A stretch of 64,000 nucleotides of DNA. Origin: a virus. Taxonomy: Duplodnaviria; Heunggongvirae; Uroviricota; Caudoviricetes. Position numbers and translations under genes: made by a program. Location: positions 1 to 64,000 of the IMG/VR virus record IMGVR_UViG_3300001336_000003; one strand, given 5' to 3'. Below, piece by piece: positions 18,441 to 28,412 of the stretch (position 1 is the stretch's first letter; each line of letters opens with the position of its first letter). A model generated the notes under the pieces. It was given only the letters and a program-made list of their open reading frames with translations, searched no databases and was not told the DNA's origin.

Positions 18441-18851
18441 TTACACTCCATAAGTTTCATTTGCAAGTTGGCTTAGACGCTTCATATCAACGCTAAGGCC
18501 GAATTTTTGTTTTGCTTCTTTCATCACAACACCCTTGTTTGGAATTTCGCCATCGCGCTTTCCAGTGAAAAGTTCACGAAGGAAATCAAGAATTTCTTGT
18601 TCAGATGCCATTTTAGGTAATAGACCTTCAAGAACAGATACTTCAAGGGGATTGTGATGTGGGTTCTCTTTAAGCTTCTGCACAGCCTTCTTTACATATT
18701 GAATAGCTTCATCTTCTGTAGTTTCACGGTTTCCTTGGTTCTTACCCACATTGACAATTTCGCTCGTATGAAACTGCAAAGACGGACCTAGACCAGTCTT
18801 GTTTTTTCGGTGCTCAAGTGTAACCACTTTTAGTTTTTCAATAGTAGACAT
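18441..18851 (-). CDS. GatB/YqeY-domain protein
   Basis: C-terminal EAIQYVKKAVQKLKENPHHNPLEVSVLEGLLPK..GVVMKEAKQKF matches YqeY family; start trimmed to MSTIEKLK to avoid overlap with upstream gene. Confidence 0.5.
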   Translation of the reverse strand: MSTIEKLKVVTLEHRKNKTGLGPSLQFHTSEIVNVGKNQGNRETTEDEAIQYVKKAVQKLKENPHHNPLEVSVLEGLLPKMASEQEILDFLRELFTGKRDGEIPNKGVVMKEAKQKFGLSVDMKRLSQLANETYGV

Positions 18852-18858
18852 TTCATCC

Positions 18859-19293
18859 TCATTTATGTAATAACATGAATACCTTGTAACAGTGTTTCCT
18901 ATACATGTCAAGCGATATTCGTTTTGTCGAGTCTTGCAAACCACGAATTGTTTTGTTGTAAGCTTCCCATGCCGTATGTGTCATATGAACGTATTTGCTA
19001 TATTCATATGTTTTAAGCAACTCTTTCGCAACCACATCCCAATCAATATCTTTCGCTTTTTGTTCTACAGTTCCCAACGCCATCGAATCTTTGAACATCT
19101 TGATTGTTTCTTCACTAGACTTTACTTGTGAATTCTTATTGACAGGAGCAGGTTTATTGCCAAACCCGTATCTATCGGAAAGCTTGACAATCATTTCTTT
19201 GGCCGCTTTTTCTTCTGATTCTGTCGCGCCATTTTTAACAGTTTTCAAAGATAGGGAACGTATTTTTGCTACAACACTTTCAGGTGCGTTCAT
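18859..19293 (-). CDS. hypothetical protein
   Basis: ORF track. Confidence 0.35.
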   Translation of the reverse strand: MNAPESVVAKIRSLSLKTVKNGATESEEKAAKEMIVKLSDRYGFGNKPAPVNKNSQVKSSEETIKMFKDSMALGTVEQKAKDIDWDVVAKELLKTYEYSKYVHMTHTAWEAYNKTIRGLQDSTKRISLDMYRKHCYKVFMLLHK

Positions 19294-19880
19294 TCGTATT
19301 TCATTTTCTCACAATATCTATTGGCTATATCAAATGCCTCCTCAAGACTGAATCTGGTCATATTGATAAATTCAGCGTCATTATATCCACAAATTACTTT
19401 AACAGACATTATCGACCACCAAAAACTTGTTGGCGCACCATTTCAATTTTTGAATCTTCCATCGGGCCTAGTTCTTGAGCCGATGTTAACACAGATTTGT
19501 CCAACATGCTAATCATAATAAGCTGTGCTACAAGTCTAATCTGTTCAGGTGAGTCTATACCTACCCTATGTAATTCTGACAATAAAAAATCCATTTATAC
19601 TTCCTTCGCATCTGTTGCATTAATATCAATCCCAAAAAATTCCATCACCAATTCCAAAGAAATCATAATTCGTGTGCTTTCGCTTTTTTCGATGGGTGTC
19701 GGAGTTTCTTTGTTATATTTGTCGTATAAGTGGAAACATAGATTCTTATCCCCTTCACGACTTTTTTCAATTTGTAAGACTATCTTGTTTTTCAAGTCTG
19801 GTCGCATTTTATGAATCATGGTAGTGAAACCTACCAGATCTTCTACGCTAACATCATCACGCATTTCTCTCATTATATCC

Positions 19881-20192
19881 TCATGTGTGTTCAACATATT
19901 CAATTCCAGAAGCTTCAATTGCGCTTCTGCATACGGGGCAAGGCTTCGCGTTCTTAGGCACACCTTCTTTATCAAAGCGCATTACAACTATTTTATGCGC
20001 TTTGTCCAAGTTGCGACAACGTGCAATAGCATGAATTTCAGCATGAAGAAAGGTCTTGTCAGGAAGCCCTACTTTGTTTGCATGTCTAGCCTGTAGTGGA
20101 TGTGTCTTGAAATAGCTATTTTTCCCCACCGAAAGAACGCGCCCACGCTTGTCATAAATTATGGCAGTAATATCAAACTTCGTCTTTGACAT
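19881..20192 (-). CDS. CMP/dCMP deaminase zinc-binding domain protein (short dCMP deaminase-like)
   Basis: HAEIHAI ... PCPVC zinc ligand motifs. Confidence 0.6.
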   Translation of the reverse strand: MSKTKFDITAIIYDKRGRVLSVGKNSYFKTHPLQARHANKVGLPDKTFLHAEIHAIARCRNLDKAHKIVVMRFDKEGVPKNAKPCPVCRSAIEASGIEYVEHT

Positions 20193-21308
20193 TTTTATCC
20201 AACTTTTCGTATTCGTTTAGGGCTTCATACACCTTTTTTTCGAGATGTGCAACATCGCCTTCGAAACCGAGTGCCCACACAATATTTTCTGCTCGTGTCA
20301 TAGTGTCATCATTAGCAGATATTTTTCTAGGTGGTTGTTCTTTTGTTCTAATTTCTGGCCCATAGCGCCACAAAGGCGTAGGTTCGCTTAGACGTGGCGT
20401 CCAATTCTTACCAAACCAATCAAAAAACATGACTATCTCCTTAGTTATTTTCGCGATTCAATATCCAAAGACATTCGGATATATCTTCAGGAGTCTGATA
20501 AACGGACATACAATATTCGCCAGTGTCTGCATTCAGTTCTTTAGACACTTCCACGCCTAGAACATATCCAATCAGAAGTACTGAAATTGCAACAATATAG
20601 ATCTTCATTGTATGCCTCCTAACCGTTGTTCAAGTTCAGTTATATACTCTGCAATCTCTATGCAATAACTAGCCTTAGTGTATATACCAATACCATCAAA
20701 ATGTAAAGACATTCTTTGCAACTTTTTTTGTGGCGTGTCTTTCATGTTTTCCATTGCTCTTTGGATATCTTCATCTGTCATCATTTTTTGTCATCCTTAG
20801 ATAGAAGTCGGCTGCGACCAAAACTTGAAAATCAAATGGGTCAATGGGTAGTCCAGTAGGCGTCCCCCATGAAGTTGCATTTTTGTTCATGTCATAAGCA
20901 TTACGTTCTATTTCTTCAAACCCTTCCACTACAAGTCTTTCTAGCTTTGCGCGATTGTAGTTGGCGAAAGGCGGTTCAATCTTCCCCATACCGATTTTTC
21001 TCCCATACCCATAATCTGTTCGGCTTCTTCAAGTTTCATTCTTATGATTTCATATTCTGCTGGACTGTCAAAAATAAAACTTCTAGGCTTCTTCCCTCTA
21101 TGGTATTCTTCTGACAAGTATGTGTCCAATGATATGGCTTCTACATCATGTTCTTTCTTAATGGCATAGACAAAACTGAAATTGTGGCATACTATGACAG
21201 AATTTGTCGCCTTAGCTTGTTCGATTAGGTGTGATGTTCTTCCCGTCTGTCTTAGACTTTCTTCATAATCTAAAAGAACTTTTTTCATGAATTCTGTTGT
21301 TTTACTCA

Positions 21309-21608
21309 TCATCCATGCCTTTCTGCTGCATCAACCAACATATCTACATTATCAAGCAAACCCTGCTTGCCTGTTCCTTTAACCGAATCAAGGTTTTTCA
21401 TGATGCACAAATCACAGATTGTGATATCAAGACATTCGCCAGTTCCCATAGGATCAAATATAACAGACCCATAATGTCCATATGTGCGAAACGATAACCC
21501 GCCGCTAACAGGATGTATTTCTGTAAACGAACCATCTCTATTTTCGTAAGACCAATTTTCCATTTTTTTCTCGCACAATATACATTTTATTTCGTTTGAG
21601 TTTATCAT
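21309..21608 (-). CDS. Cys-rich hypothetical protein
   Basis: ORF track; CxxC pairs. Confidence 0.3.
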   Translation of the reverse strand: MINSNEIKCILCEKKMENWSYENRDGSFTEIHPVSGGLSFRTYGHYGSVIFDPMGTGECLDITICDLCIMKNLDSVKGTGKQGLLDNVDMLVDAAERHG

Positions 21609-21623
21609 AAAAATAACCTTTCT

Positions 21624-21699
21624 TATAAATAAAAGTGTCGTTCACGGATTTCGTGGTGGTTATCCCAACGACTCTAAAAACAGCAAAGGAGTTTCCAGC
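21624..21699 (+). promoter_or_regulatory. homing-endonuclease cassette leader (TATAAATA ... GTTCACGG hairpin ATCCCAACGACTCTA ... AAAGGAGTTTCCAGC)
   Basis: same architecture as 10481, 23746, 34340, 41569, 46140, 53248. Confidence 0.6.
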
Positions 21700-21903
21700 A
21701 TGGATTATTTATATACGCATATAGAACATACACGACTTTATATAAAACAGTGCTCACACTGTGATTTGAAATATTTTGGCAAATCAGTCAGAAGAGACAT
21801 AGAAGATTATGAAGGTTCAGGTATTAAATGGAAGAATCATCTTAAAAAACATGAAGCAAACATCCAAATAAACAGAAATGGGTGTGTCAAGAGACAGGCT
21901 TAG
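21700..21903 (+). pseudogene. 5' fragment of a homing-endonuclease gene (67 codons of the YxGSG-type N-domain) with intact cassette leader
   Basis: MDYLYTHIEHTRLYIKQ..DYEGSGIKWKNHLKKHE parallels 10556 and 41596 N-termini but stops after 67 aa. Confidence 0.5.
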
Positions 21904-22318
21904 TTTCAACTAAATCAGGTTTCACTTGCCGTGCAAGAGCAAGGGGAATGGATAAATGGCCTCACGAATTAGTAAAATGTGATAATTAACCACCCATAGG
22001 ATGAACTTCTACCTTTTTATCCTTCATGTCATATTCCATGTTGTCAAGTTCTTTTGAACAGACAATACATGGTATTTTATTGTTTGTTTTCATTCGCTTT
22101 CCTCTATTAGTTTTTCGATTTCACGCCTAACAAAATGAAAACTTTCTGGTTCTGCGTTATCAAGCAAGTCGTGCGCTTGCCTAAGACCAGCAACATACGC
22201 TTTCTTCATTGATTCAAGAGCATCAAGTTCTGTATCGGCATTAACATCCATACTATTATAACCCAACCATTGATACCAGTTCATCCTTTTGTTCCTCATA
22301 GTTTAGCATATTTTGATT

Positions 22319-22724
22319 TTAGCGATTATACCACAAAATGTATTTTGTTTCAAGAGGTATTTTTGCGCCGCCCAATACTGTATAATCAGAAGGCCATATG
22401 TGGTTCCCTTCGTAATCCATACCATCTACAATTTCAATAATTTTGTAGTTTTCATCTACCGCACTTCCATAACCATCATAGTCAATGAAACCACCATCTT
22501 CACAACATTCTTTCCATTCATCTAATGGAATTAGATTCCTTCTGGAATGCCCAATTTTATGGTCAATCCAAGGTGTGTCAAATCGGTCTTTTTGTTTGTG
22601 GTTTTCATTTATCCATTAATGCCACACTTCCCAAAGACTTTATCTCGAAAAGAAAATCCGCATCAACAGGCGATTCAGGACCGCCATCTTTAGCTTTACG
22701 CATTAACACATCAGCATATATCAT
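22319..22724 (-). pseudogene. unknown gene apparently split by a +1 frameshift at about 22605 (39-aa ATG-started fragment + 95-codon stop-to-stop continuation)
   Basis: manual translation: MIYADVLMRKAKDGGPESPVDADFLFEIKSLGSVALMDK* then, one base over, ENHKQKDRFDTPWIDHKIGHSRRNLIPLDEWKECCEDGGFIDYDGYG...KYILWYNR*; preceded by a 45-aa TM peptide ORF (22723..22862) whose stop overlaps the ATG. Confidence 0.35.
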
Positions 22725-22854
22725 TTAGATCATAAACCCAACAAGAATACCCAAACCGAACACGCCTACAAGCGCACCAATCACATACCAAAATGCTGGA
22801 CCTAAAAGCATCATAGCACCAAAAACTACAAGGACAGGAAATTCGATAATTTTT

Positions 22855-23136
22855 TTAAGCATTTTCATCTCTCGCTTCACTCACATAGAATACGGGTTCG
22901 TAGTCTACTTCGAAGCTATAATACGATACTTTTCCCGATTCGTCAATAGCAATAATACGGTCAGAAGAATTTTTCATCCATTCCCATCCGTCACAATTGC
23001 TATAAAGATGATCGCAATATTCTTTTAATTCGTAGTCCAACCAATCTGGTTCGCATACAATTTCCCAATCTGGTTCGAAATCATCGACATAATCACTTTC
23101 AAGACATACTTTATACTTCATTCCATATCCATCCAC
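22855..23136 (-). CDS. acidic hypothetical protein
   Basis: ORF track. Confidence 0.35.
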   Translation of the reverse strand: MDGYGMKYKVCLESDYVDDFEPDWEIVCEPDWLDYELKEYCDHLYSNCDGWEWMKNSSDRIIAIDESGKVSYYSFEVDYEPVFYVSEARDENA

Positions 23137-23678
23137 TTCACAAGTTCTTCATACTTTTCAGTTTTAGTCACGCTTTTAGCAATATGATCCAGAACCAAAG
23201 GACGCAAATCTTTACCGTCAAGAACAGAAAAGATGAAACGCGCATCTTGCTTATGAATCAAGTTAGGCACAAATTTAATAGCAACTTCTTTCTTGTCACC
23301 ACCATGCAGGGTTTTTGCAAGCAAAACCAAACCTTCAAGACGACCCAAGACATTATCCAAAGCAACTTTGAAACGGGTTTCATAGTCTTTTACAGTCTTG
23401 ACATCTTCTTCATCCAGAATAGGAATCAAATCATCCATTTCTTCGTTTACGATAATGTTAAGAATATGACGTTCAGTGCGAATCGCATCTTTCACCTTAT
23501 GTATCATCACGTATTGATCTGCTTTAATTTTAATTTTGTGTCCATCTGAAAAACTTATAATAAATCCTTCCGCGCCTTTAAGACTGCGTGTGTAATCAAT
23601 TAATATATTTACATTATCAAATGGTTCTATTACATCAACCACAGGAATGCGAAATTCTTTTATTTTTTCTAGTAGCAT
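23118..23678 (-). CDS. rnlA: RNA ligase 1 (RnlA) C-terminal half, separately translated
   Basis: EGFIISFSDGHKIKIKADQYVMIHK matches T4 Rnl1 [25 protein letters not shown]; own RBS tggagatgacctATG. Confidence 0.75.
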   Translation of the reverse strand: MLLEKIKEFRIPVVDVIEPFDNVNILIDYTRSLKGAEGFIISFSDGHKIKIKADQYVMIHKVKDAIRTERHILNIIVNEEMDDLIPILDEEDVKTVKDYETRFKVALDNVLGRLEGLVLLAKTLHGGDKKEVAIKFVPNLIHKQDARFIFSVLDGKDLRPLVLDHIAKSVTKTEKYEELVKWMDME

Positions 23679-23745
23679 AGGTCATCTCCATTTTCATTTG
23701 AGTTCATAATATACTAATTTTATGGGAATGTCAATTGCTATTTCG

Positions 23746-23820
23746 TATAAATAGTAACGTAGTTCACGGGATATGTGAGAGTCTCCCCAACTACTCTATA
23801 ACAACAAAGGAGTTACAGCT
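23746..23820 (+). promoter_or_regulatory. homing-endonuclease cassette leader
   Basis: TATAAATA, GTTCACGG, hairpin, CCCCAACTACTCTA, AAAGGAGTTACAGCT ATG. Confidence 0.6.
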
Positions 23821-24822
23821 ATGACTATTTATCAACCTTACTTTTATATAATTCAAGAAATATCTACTGGAATGTATTATGCTGGTGCGAAATGGGCGAA
23901 AGACGCAAATCCTAATGATTTTTTAACCCCAAATGGTTATCACACCTCTTCAAAATTAGTTAAATATCTAATCGAAAAAAACGGATTGCAATCATTTAAG
24001 ATTCGAAAAATAAAAACTTTTGCAAATATGTATGATACATATGAATATGAAACAAAATTTCTAAAAAAAGTAAACGCCAAAAGTAATTCTTGTTTCTTAA
24101 ATGGGCATGAAAATAATTGGGGTGTGACGGACAATACGAACATGGTTTCAGTAAAAAACAAAAGTGGTGAAAATTTTAAAGTTAGAGTAGATGACCCCAG
24201 ATACAGATCGGGAGAATTTTTCCACAACACCAAAGGAAAAGTTGTGGTAAAGGATGAAAATGGAAATACGTTTCAAATATGTGTTGATGATCCTAGATTC
24301 ATCACAAAAGAATTGCAACACGTTTCAAAAGGGACGACTGTCGCTTTGGATACCGTTACGGGCAAAGTTAAAAGAGTTTCCACAGATGATTTCAACCAAA
24401 CAAAAAATTTAGTCGGTATTTGTAACGGTTTCGTTCCTGTAATGGATACTTACGGGAACAAGTTCTCGGTTAATAGGGGTGACGTAAGATTTGAAACGGG
24501 TGAAATAAAGCATGTTACAAAAGGTAGGGTTACTGTAAAATCTACAGATGGTAAAACTATGAGTATATATACCACTGATCCGAGATATACATCTGGTGAA
24601 TTGGTTCACAATACTACTGGAATGGTAAGTGTGAAGGATAAACATGGCAATACAATGCAAGTTAGTAAAAAAGACCCAAGATACATTTCAGGCGAATTAG
24701 TCGGGGTTTCAAAAGGCATAAAAAGAACACCTCAAATAACAAAATGCCCGCATTGCAGCAAGAGCGGCGCTATGTCTCAAATGAAAAGATGGCATTTCGA
24801 AAATTGTAAGATGTTGCGGTAA
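23821..24822 (+). CDS. homing endonuclease-like protein with tandem about 22-aa repeats and C-terminal Cys finger, inserted inside rnlA
   Basis: IYQPYFYIIQEISTGMYYAGAKWA N-domain (paralog of 53328); 7-8 repeats of VxVKDxxGNTxxVxxDDPRYxSGELVH; C-terminal CPHCSKSGAMSQMKRWHFENCK. Confidence 0.6.
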   Translation: MTIYQPYFYIIQEISTGMYYAGAKWAKDANPNDFLTPNGYHTSSKLVKYLIEKNGLQSFKIRKIKTFANMYDTYEYETKFLKKVNAKSNSCFLNGHENNWGVTDNTNMVSVKNKSGENFKVRVDDPRYRSGEFFHNTKGKVVVKDENGNTFQICVDDPRFITKELQHVSKGTTVALDTVTGKVKRVSTDDFNQTKNLVGICNGFVPVMDTYGNKFSVNRGDVRFETGEIKHVTKGRVTVKSTDGKTMSIYTTDPRYTSGELVHNTTGMVSVKDKHGNTMQVSKKDPRYISGELVGVSKGIKRTPQITKCPHCSKSGAMSQMKRWHFENCKMLR

Positions 24823-24823
24823 A

Positions 24824-25414
24824 TTACCGCAACATCAAATACTTTCCAGTGATATTATGCCTAACCGAAAGAAGTGTCAATTGTTCCTCTTTATATGTAA
24901 TTACGATTTTGTTGTTTGGGCTGGTCCACTCGAAAATGGGGGTTAGTTGTTCACGTATACACCAAGCAGCAAAGTCCTTATATCTGGTATTTTTTTCAAT
25001 AAATTCTTCTGCTTGCATTGCCACTTCTGTGATGCCCATCTTAGTCATCCAACGAATTTCGCCATTGACCTTCATAGGATGTAGCATCGAACCATCTCGT
25101 TTTTCTTCTATAAAATGTGGTTTGGTCATGTCAATATTACGGATCAACGTTTCTTCTTTTTCATTGACATTAAACCATTTATGAAAGGGTCGTGCTGCAA
25201 TTTCGCCATTTGGTGAAAATTTTATGCCACGACATTCTCTTTTTATTGCGCCCTTGGTATCATCTGGTCCGCTCATATCAAATGTATCACTTGTTGCTAC
25301 CACATAATTGACAACAAAACCAAAGTCACGCTCTGCAATGATAAATTCATCACGACCAGCAATAGCAGGGCGCACATCATCAATGTGACGAATTTCGGGA
25401 AATTTGTATTTCAT
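24824..25414 (-). CDS. rnlA: RNA ligase 1 (RnlA) N-terminal half with KxDG adenylation motif
   Basis: [26 protein letters not shown] vs T4 [38 protein letters not shown] vs [40 protein letters not shown] vs [33 protein letters not shown]. Confidence 0.8.
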   Translation of the reverse strand: [196 protein letters not shown]

Positions 25415-25415
25415 T

Positions 25416-25772
25416 TTAGTTCTCCAAAATCACAAGACCAGCTTCATACAATTCTTTTGCCCGAAGCAGCTTTTCTTTGTTGCGAACAGCATCCCAATAC
25501 TGGACAGGGAAACCTTTTTTGTGGGATTCACGCTTTACAATTTCTTCATCAGCTTTGGAAAGTTCTTCTTCCCAATCATTGATATACTGCGTTTCTACAG
25601 TAGGACCAACATAACCTTTAGCTTTATATTCTACAGTAACAGGGTGTTCTTTCATCAACCGACTAAGATATTCAGGATAGTGTGTCCGAGGCTCATAACG
25701 CATTTCAAAAAACACGGAACCTTTATCACTGTTGATTGCGTCTTTTTCCATCTTGAAAACGAAAACAGTCAT
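25416..25772 (-). CDS. hypothetical protein
   Basis: ORF track. Confidence 0.35.
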   Translation of the reverse strand: MTVFVFKMEKDAINSDKGSVFFEMRYEPRTHYPEYLSRLMKEHPVTVEYKAKGYVGPTVETQYINDWEEELSKADEEIVKRESHKKGFPVQYWDAVRNKEKLLRAKELYEAGLVILEN

Positions 25773-25864
25773 GTCGATATCCTTTTGGGGGCTTCATATG
25801 TAACGTAATATAATAGGGGACTGTTGTCAATCCCCTATTTGAACCATTTAAGCTTTTTTGTTCA

Positions 25865-26248
25865 TCAGTCCATCCGCGAAGCAGAATAGGCATTGATGCC
25901 TGCATTATCAAGGACTTTTGCGAATGCCCGCGCATAGGCTTCTTTTTTCTGCATAGATTGATTGAAAGCAGAAACCCAAACCGTCACACCACCGTAGTAG
26001 CTATCAGACCGCGCAAGTTTATTCTTTTTCAGCCAATTTGCAAACTTGGAATTGCCAGGCTTGACGTTTACCCATGCAAACCCACAGACACCATCTTCTA
26101 CAAAATAGGTCGGTTTACTGTAGTCAATTTTACCTGAAAATAGACCTTTTTCTTCACCGACAATCATTGGAACAACTTGAAGTTGGGAAACAGCATTCAT
26201 ACCCGCTTCGTGGGCACTATCGTAAAGGGCTTTCATTTCTACAGACAT
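25865..26248 (-). CDS. hypothetical protein
   Basis: ORF track. Confidence 0.35.
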   Translation of the reverse strand: MSVEMKALYDSAHEAGMNAVSQLQVVPMIVGEEKGLFSGKIDYSKPTYFVEDGVCGFAWVNVKPGNSKFANWLKKNKLARSDSYYGGVTVWVSAFNQSMQKKEAYARAFAKVLDNAGINAYSASRMD

Positions 26249-26335
26249 TGTGGACTCTCCTTTTCATCCGCTACATGATTAAGATAGTATAGTGTGGAAC
26301 CCATGTCAAGTAGGTTCCACACATTTTTTCAAAAA

Positions 26336-26872
26336 TTATGCTTCATCATCCCATTCATAGTCTTCTTCATCTTCTTCGGATTCGGCACTGATAAAAACAA
26401 TTTTTGCGGCAACGATGCGTCCTTCATGATCGCGGCGAATGAAGCAGTCATAACCACCATCGCCATAACCAGAACTTGTAGCAACACCAAATCCAACATT
26501 TGCAATTCCAAGATAATTTTCATTTGCGGTTCCTTCGCAGATTTTTCCATAGAACGTGTCTAGTTCGCCATATTCACCAGTTTCGCCTTCTGGATAAGAA
26601 CCTTCATCGAAAAATCCAGCTTGTCCAGAATCCACACCAACATCGATTCCACTGTTTTCGTAACATTCACTTCCAACATGGCTTTCATGCCAGATTTGTA
26701 GTTCTGCGATTCGATTACCCCAACCGCCAGTAGCTTCATTACCCCAAACAACTTTTCCAGCAAACCACTTGCCATTCATACAGTTTTCAAGAACACCAGA
26801 ACACCAAGTGTCTTTGGTATAACAAGGATCTGTGACGCGAATTTTACCAGACACGATTACAAAATTTTCCAT
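26336..26872 (-). CDS. hypothetical protein with acidic tail
   Basis: ORF track. Confidence 0.35.
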   Translation of the reverse strand: MENFVIVSGKIRVTDPCYTKDTWCSGVLENCMNGKWFAGKVVWGNEATGGWGNRIAELQIWHESHVGSECYENSGIDVGVDSGQAGFFDEGSYPEGETGEYGELDTFYGKICEGTANENYLGIANVGFGVATSSGYGDGGYDCFIRRDHEGRIVAAKIVFISAESEEDEEDYEWDDEA

Positions 26873-27124
26873 AACGTTCCTCCAAGATTTTACTTACAAA
26901 TATAGACATAGTGTAAGGCAGATTAATAGTCAATTCTTTTTTGCAGTTCATTTAGTAAAATTGTCGCTTCCACGGCTACATCTAATTGCTCGCGATTTTC
27001 TGCCATGGCTACACATTCCCAAAGTTGGTCAAATGATACACCACTGAAATAAGCATTTCCTATCGCGCTACCAATATAGTTGTAGTCGGAAATATGATAA
27101 TCTGATTTATCTTTCATGTATTTT

Positions 27125-27160
27125 CCTTAAAAAAGAGGCGGGGTTTCCCCCGCCTTAGTT
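27125..27160 (-). terminator. rho-independent terminator after band 7 gene (GGCGGGGGAAACCCCGCC + U-run on minus strand)
   Basis: GC stem + TCTTTTTT on minus strand. Confidence 0.65.
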
Positions 27161-27282
27161 ATCCTTTTGACAAGGAGAGACTCATTTATCCCTATGGTTG
27201 CTTTTTCTAAGGTCTTCCTTAGCTTGCTTATACATCCACCAAAAGAAAGGTGTATAAGCAACAAGCATGGCAATTGCTAGAC

Positions 27283-28233
27283 TCAACGGGTTCCACCAAC
27301 ATTCAAGAATGGGACAGCAGAACCAGGCACCATTGTAGTTGGTAGGATACCGTTCCAGCGTTCAGCTTGGACCAGTTCGATTAGTGCAGGATTGTCACGT
27401 AGCGCAGCACCCCTTGCACGAATCGCGCTTGCTTCTGCTTCGCCAGTCAATGTGATAGCTTCTGCTTCTGCGGTTGCTTGTGCCACACGCGCTTCTGCTT
27501 CTGCATTTGCTTGAATTACGCGAATTTCAGCTTGGACTTTTTCACGTTCCGCATTTTGCTGAATCCTTTGGACTTCAACTTCGGCTAGCATACGTTGTTC
27601 AATACTTGCTTCATATGCGTCTGAAAAGTCGATATTTTCAAGTTGGACGCCTACGATAGTAACTGGACCTTGAACCGCCCTTTCGACTGCTTCGCGAATA
27701 TCCATGCCCATACGTTCACGTTGCTGGACTGCTTCTACTGCATTGTAACGACCAAAAACGGTTCGGATAGCTTCGTTCAACTGTCTGTCAATAACACGTG
27801 TGACCAATCCATCTTCACCACCAAAGCGTTCATAGATAGAAGTGACTTCGCCTTCTGGCATACGATATGTGACGCTAAGTGCAAGAATGGCAGGTTGTTG
27901 ATCGCGGCTATATGCCGCAACATTTTCATACATTCTGCTTCTGTCTTGTGTGCTGATGCGAACAACACGATCAAAGATTGGCAGTTTAAACCCTAGACCC
28001 GGCTCTGAAACACCAACAATAGCACCATTTCGCAACATAACGCCACGTTCACCTTGGTCAACCGTATACCAACTTCCACCAAGAATAGTTAGCGCCACGA
28101 TACCTGCTACTACAGCACCACCAATACCCAAAACTGCTTTCATAATTTTCTTCCTTTCATATGCTTTATATTCACTCATTGCTTGATCATATTCCGCACG
28201 TGTGCGAAAATCGTAACTACTTGGTTTTCTCAT
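27283..28233 (-). CDS. SPFH / band 7 (prohibitin-HflC-like) membrane protein, GC-rich foreign-looking gene
   Basis: N-terminal TM helix then PHB-like core and long Ala/Glu/Arg-rich coiled coil (QANAEAEARVAQATAEAEA); codons GC-rich unlike neighbours. Confidence 0.8.
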   Translation of the reverse strand: MRKPSSYDFRTRAEYDQAMSEYKAYERKKIMKAVLGIGGAVVAGIVALTILGGSWYTVDQGERGVMLRNGAIVGVSEPGLGFKLPIFDRVVRISTQDRSRMYENVAAYSRDQQPAILALSVTYRMPEGEVTSIYERFGGEDGLVTRVIDRQLNEAIRTVFGRYNAVEAVQQRERMGMDIREAVERAVQGPVTIVGVQLENIDFSDAYEASIEQRMLAEVEVQRIQQNAEREKVQAEIRVIQANAEAEARVAQATAEAEAITLTGEAEASAIRARGAALRDNPALIELVQAERWNGILPTTMVPGSAVPFLNVGGTR

Positions 28234-28412
28234 TTGTTTTCATCATTAAGATCAATCACTTTTGTGATTTCATTACCATTTTCATCTTTTGCTTTTACAT
28301 AACGATATCGGTCAGTCGTTTTTTTCAGTGAAACGGATTTAACAATCGTCCATACACCCCAACCAACTAGACCAGACATGATGATAACACCAATCAAAGC
28401 TAGCGCAACCAT
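28230..28412 (-). CDS. small membrane protein co-transcribed with band 7 gene (NfeD/YqiJ-like partner?)
   Basis: start trimmed to MVALALIGVIIMSG with RBS aaaggagaaaaatATG; stop overlaps band 7 start. Confidence 0.4.
   Translation of the reverse strand: MVALALIGVIIMSGLVGWGVWTIVKSVSLKKTTDRYRYVKAKDENGNEITKVIDLNDENK

Noticed and set aside
22313-22728. Plus-strand ORFs 22313..22525 and 22525..22728
   Set aside because: Phe/Ile-rich low complexity. The opposite strand carries a more plausible (frameshifted) gene translationally coupled to its neighbours.
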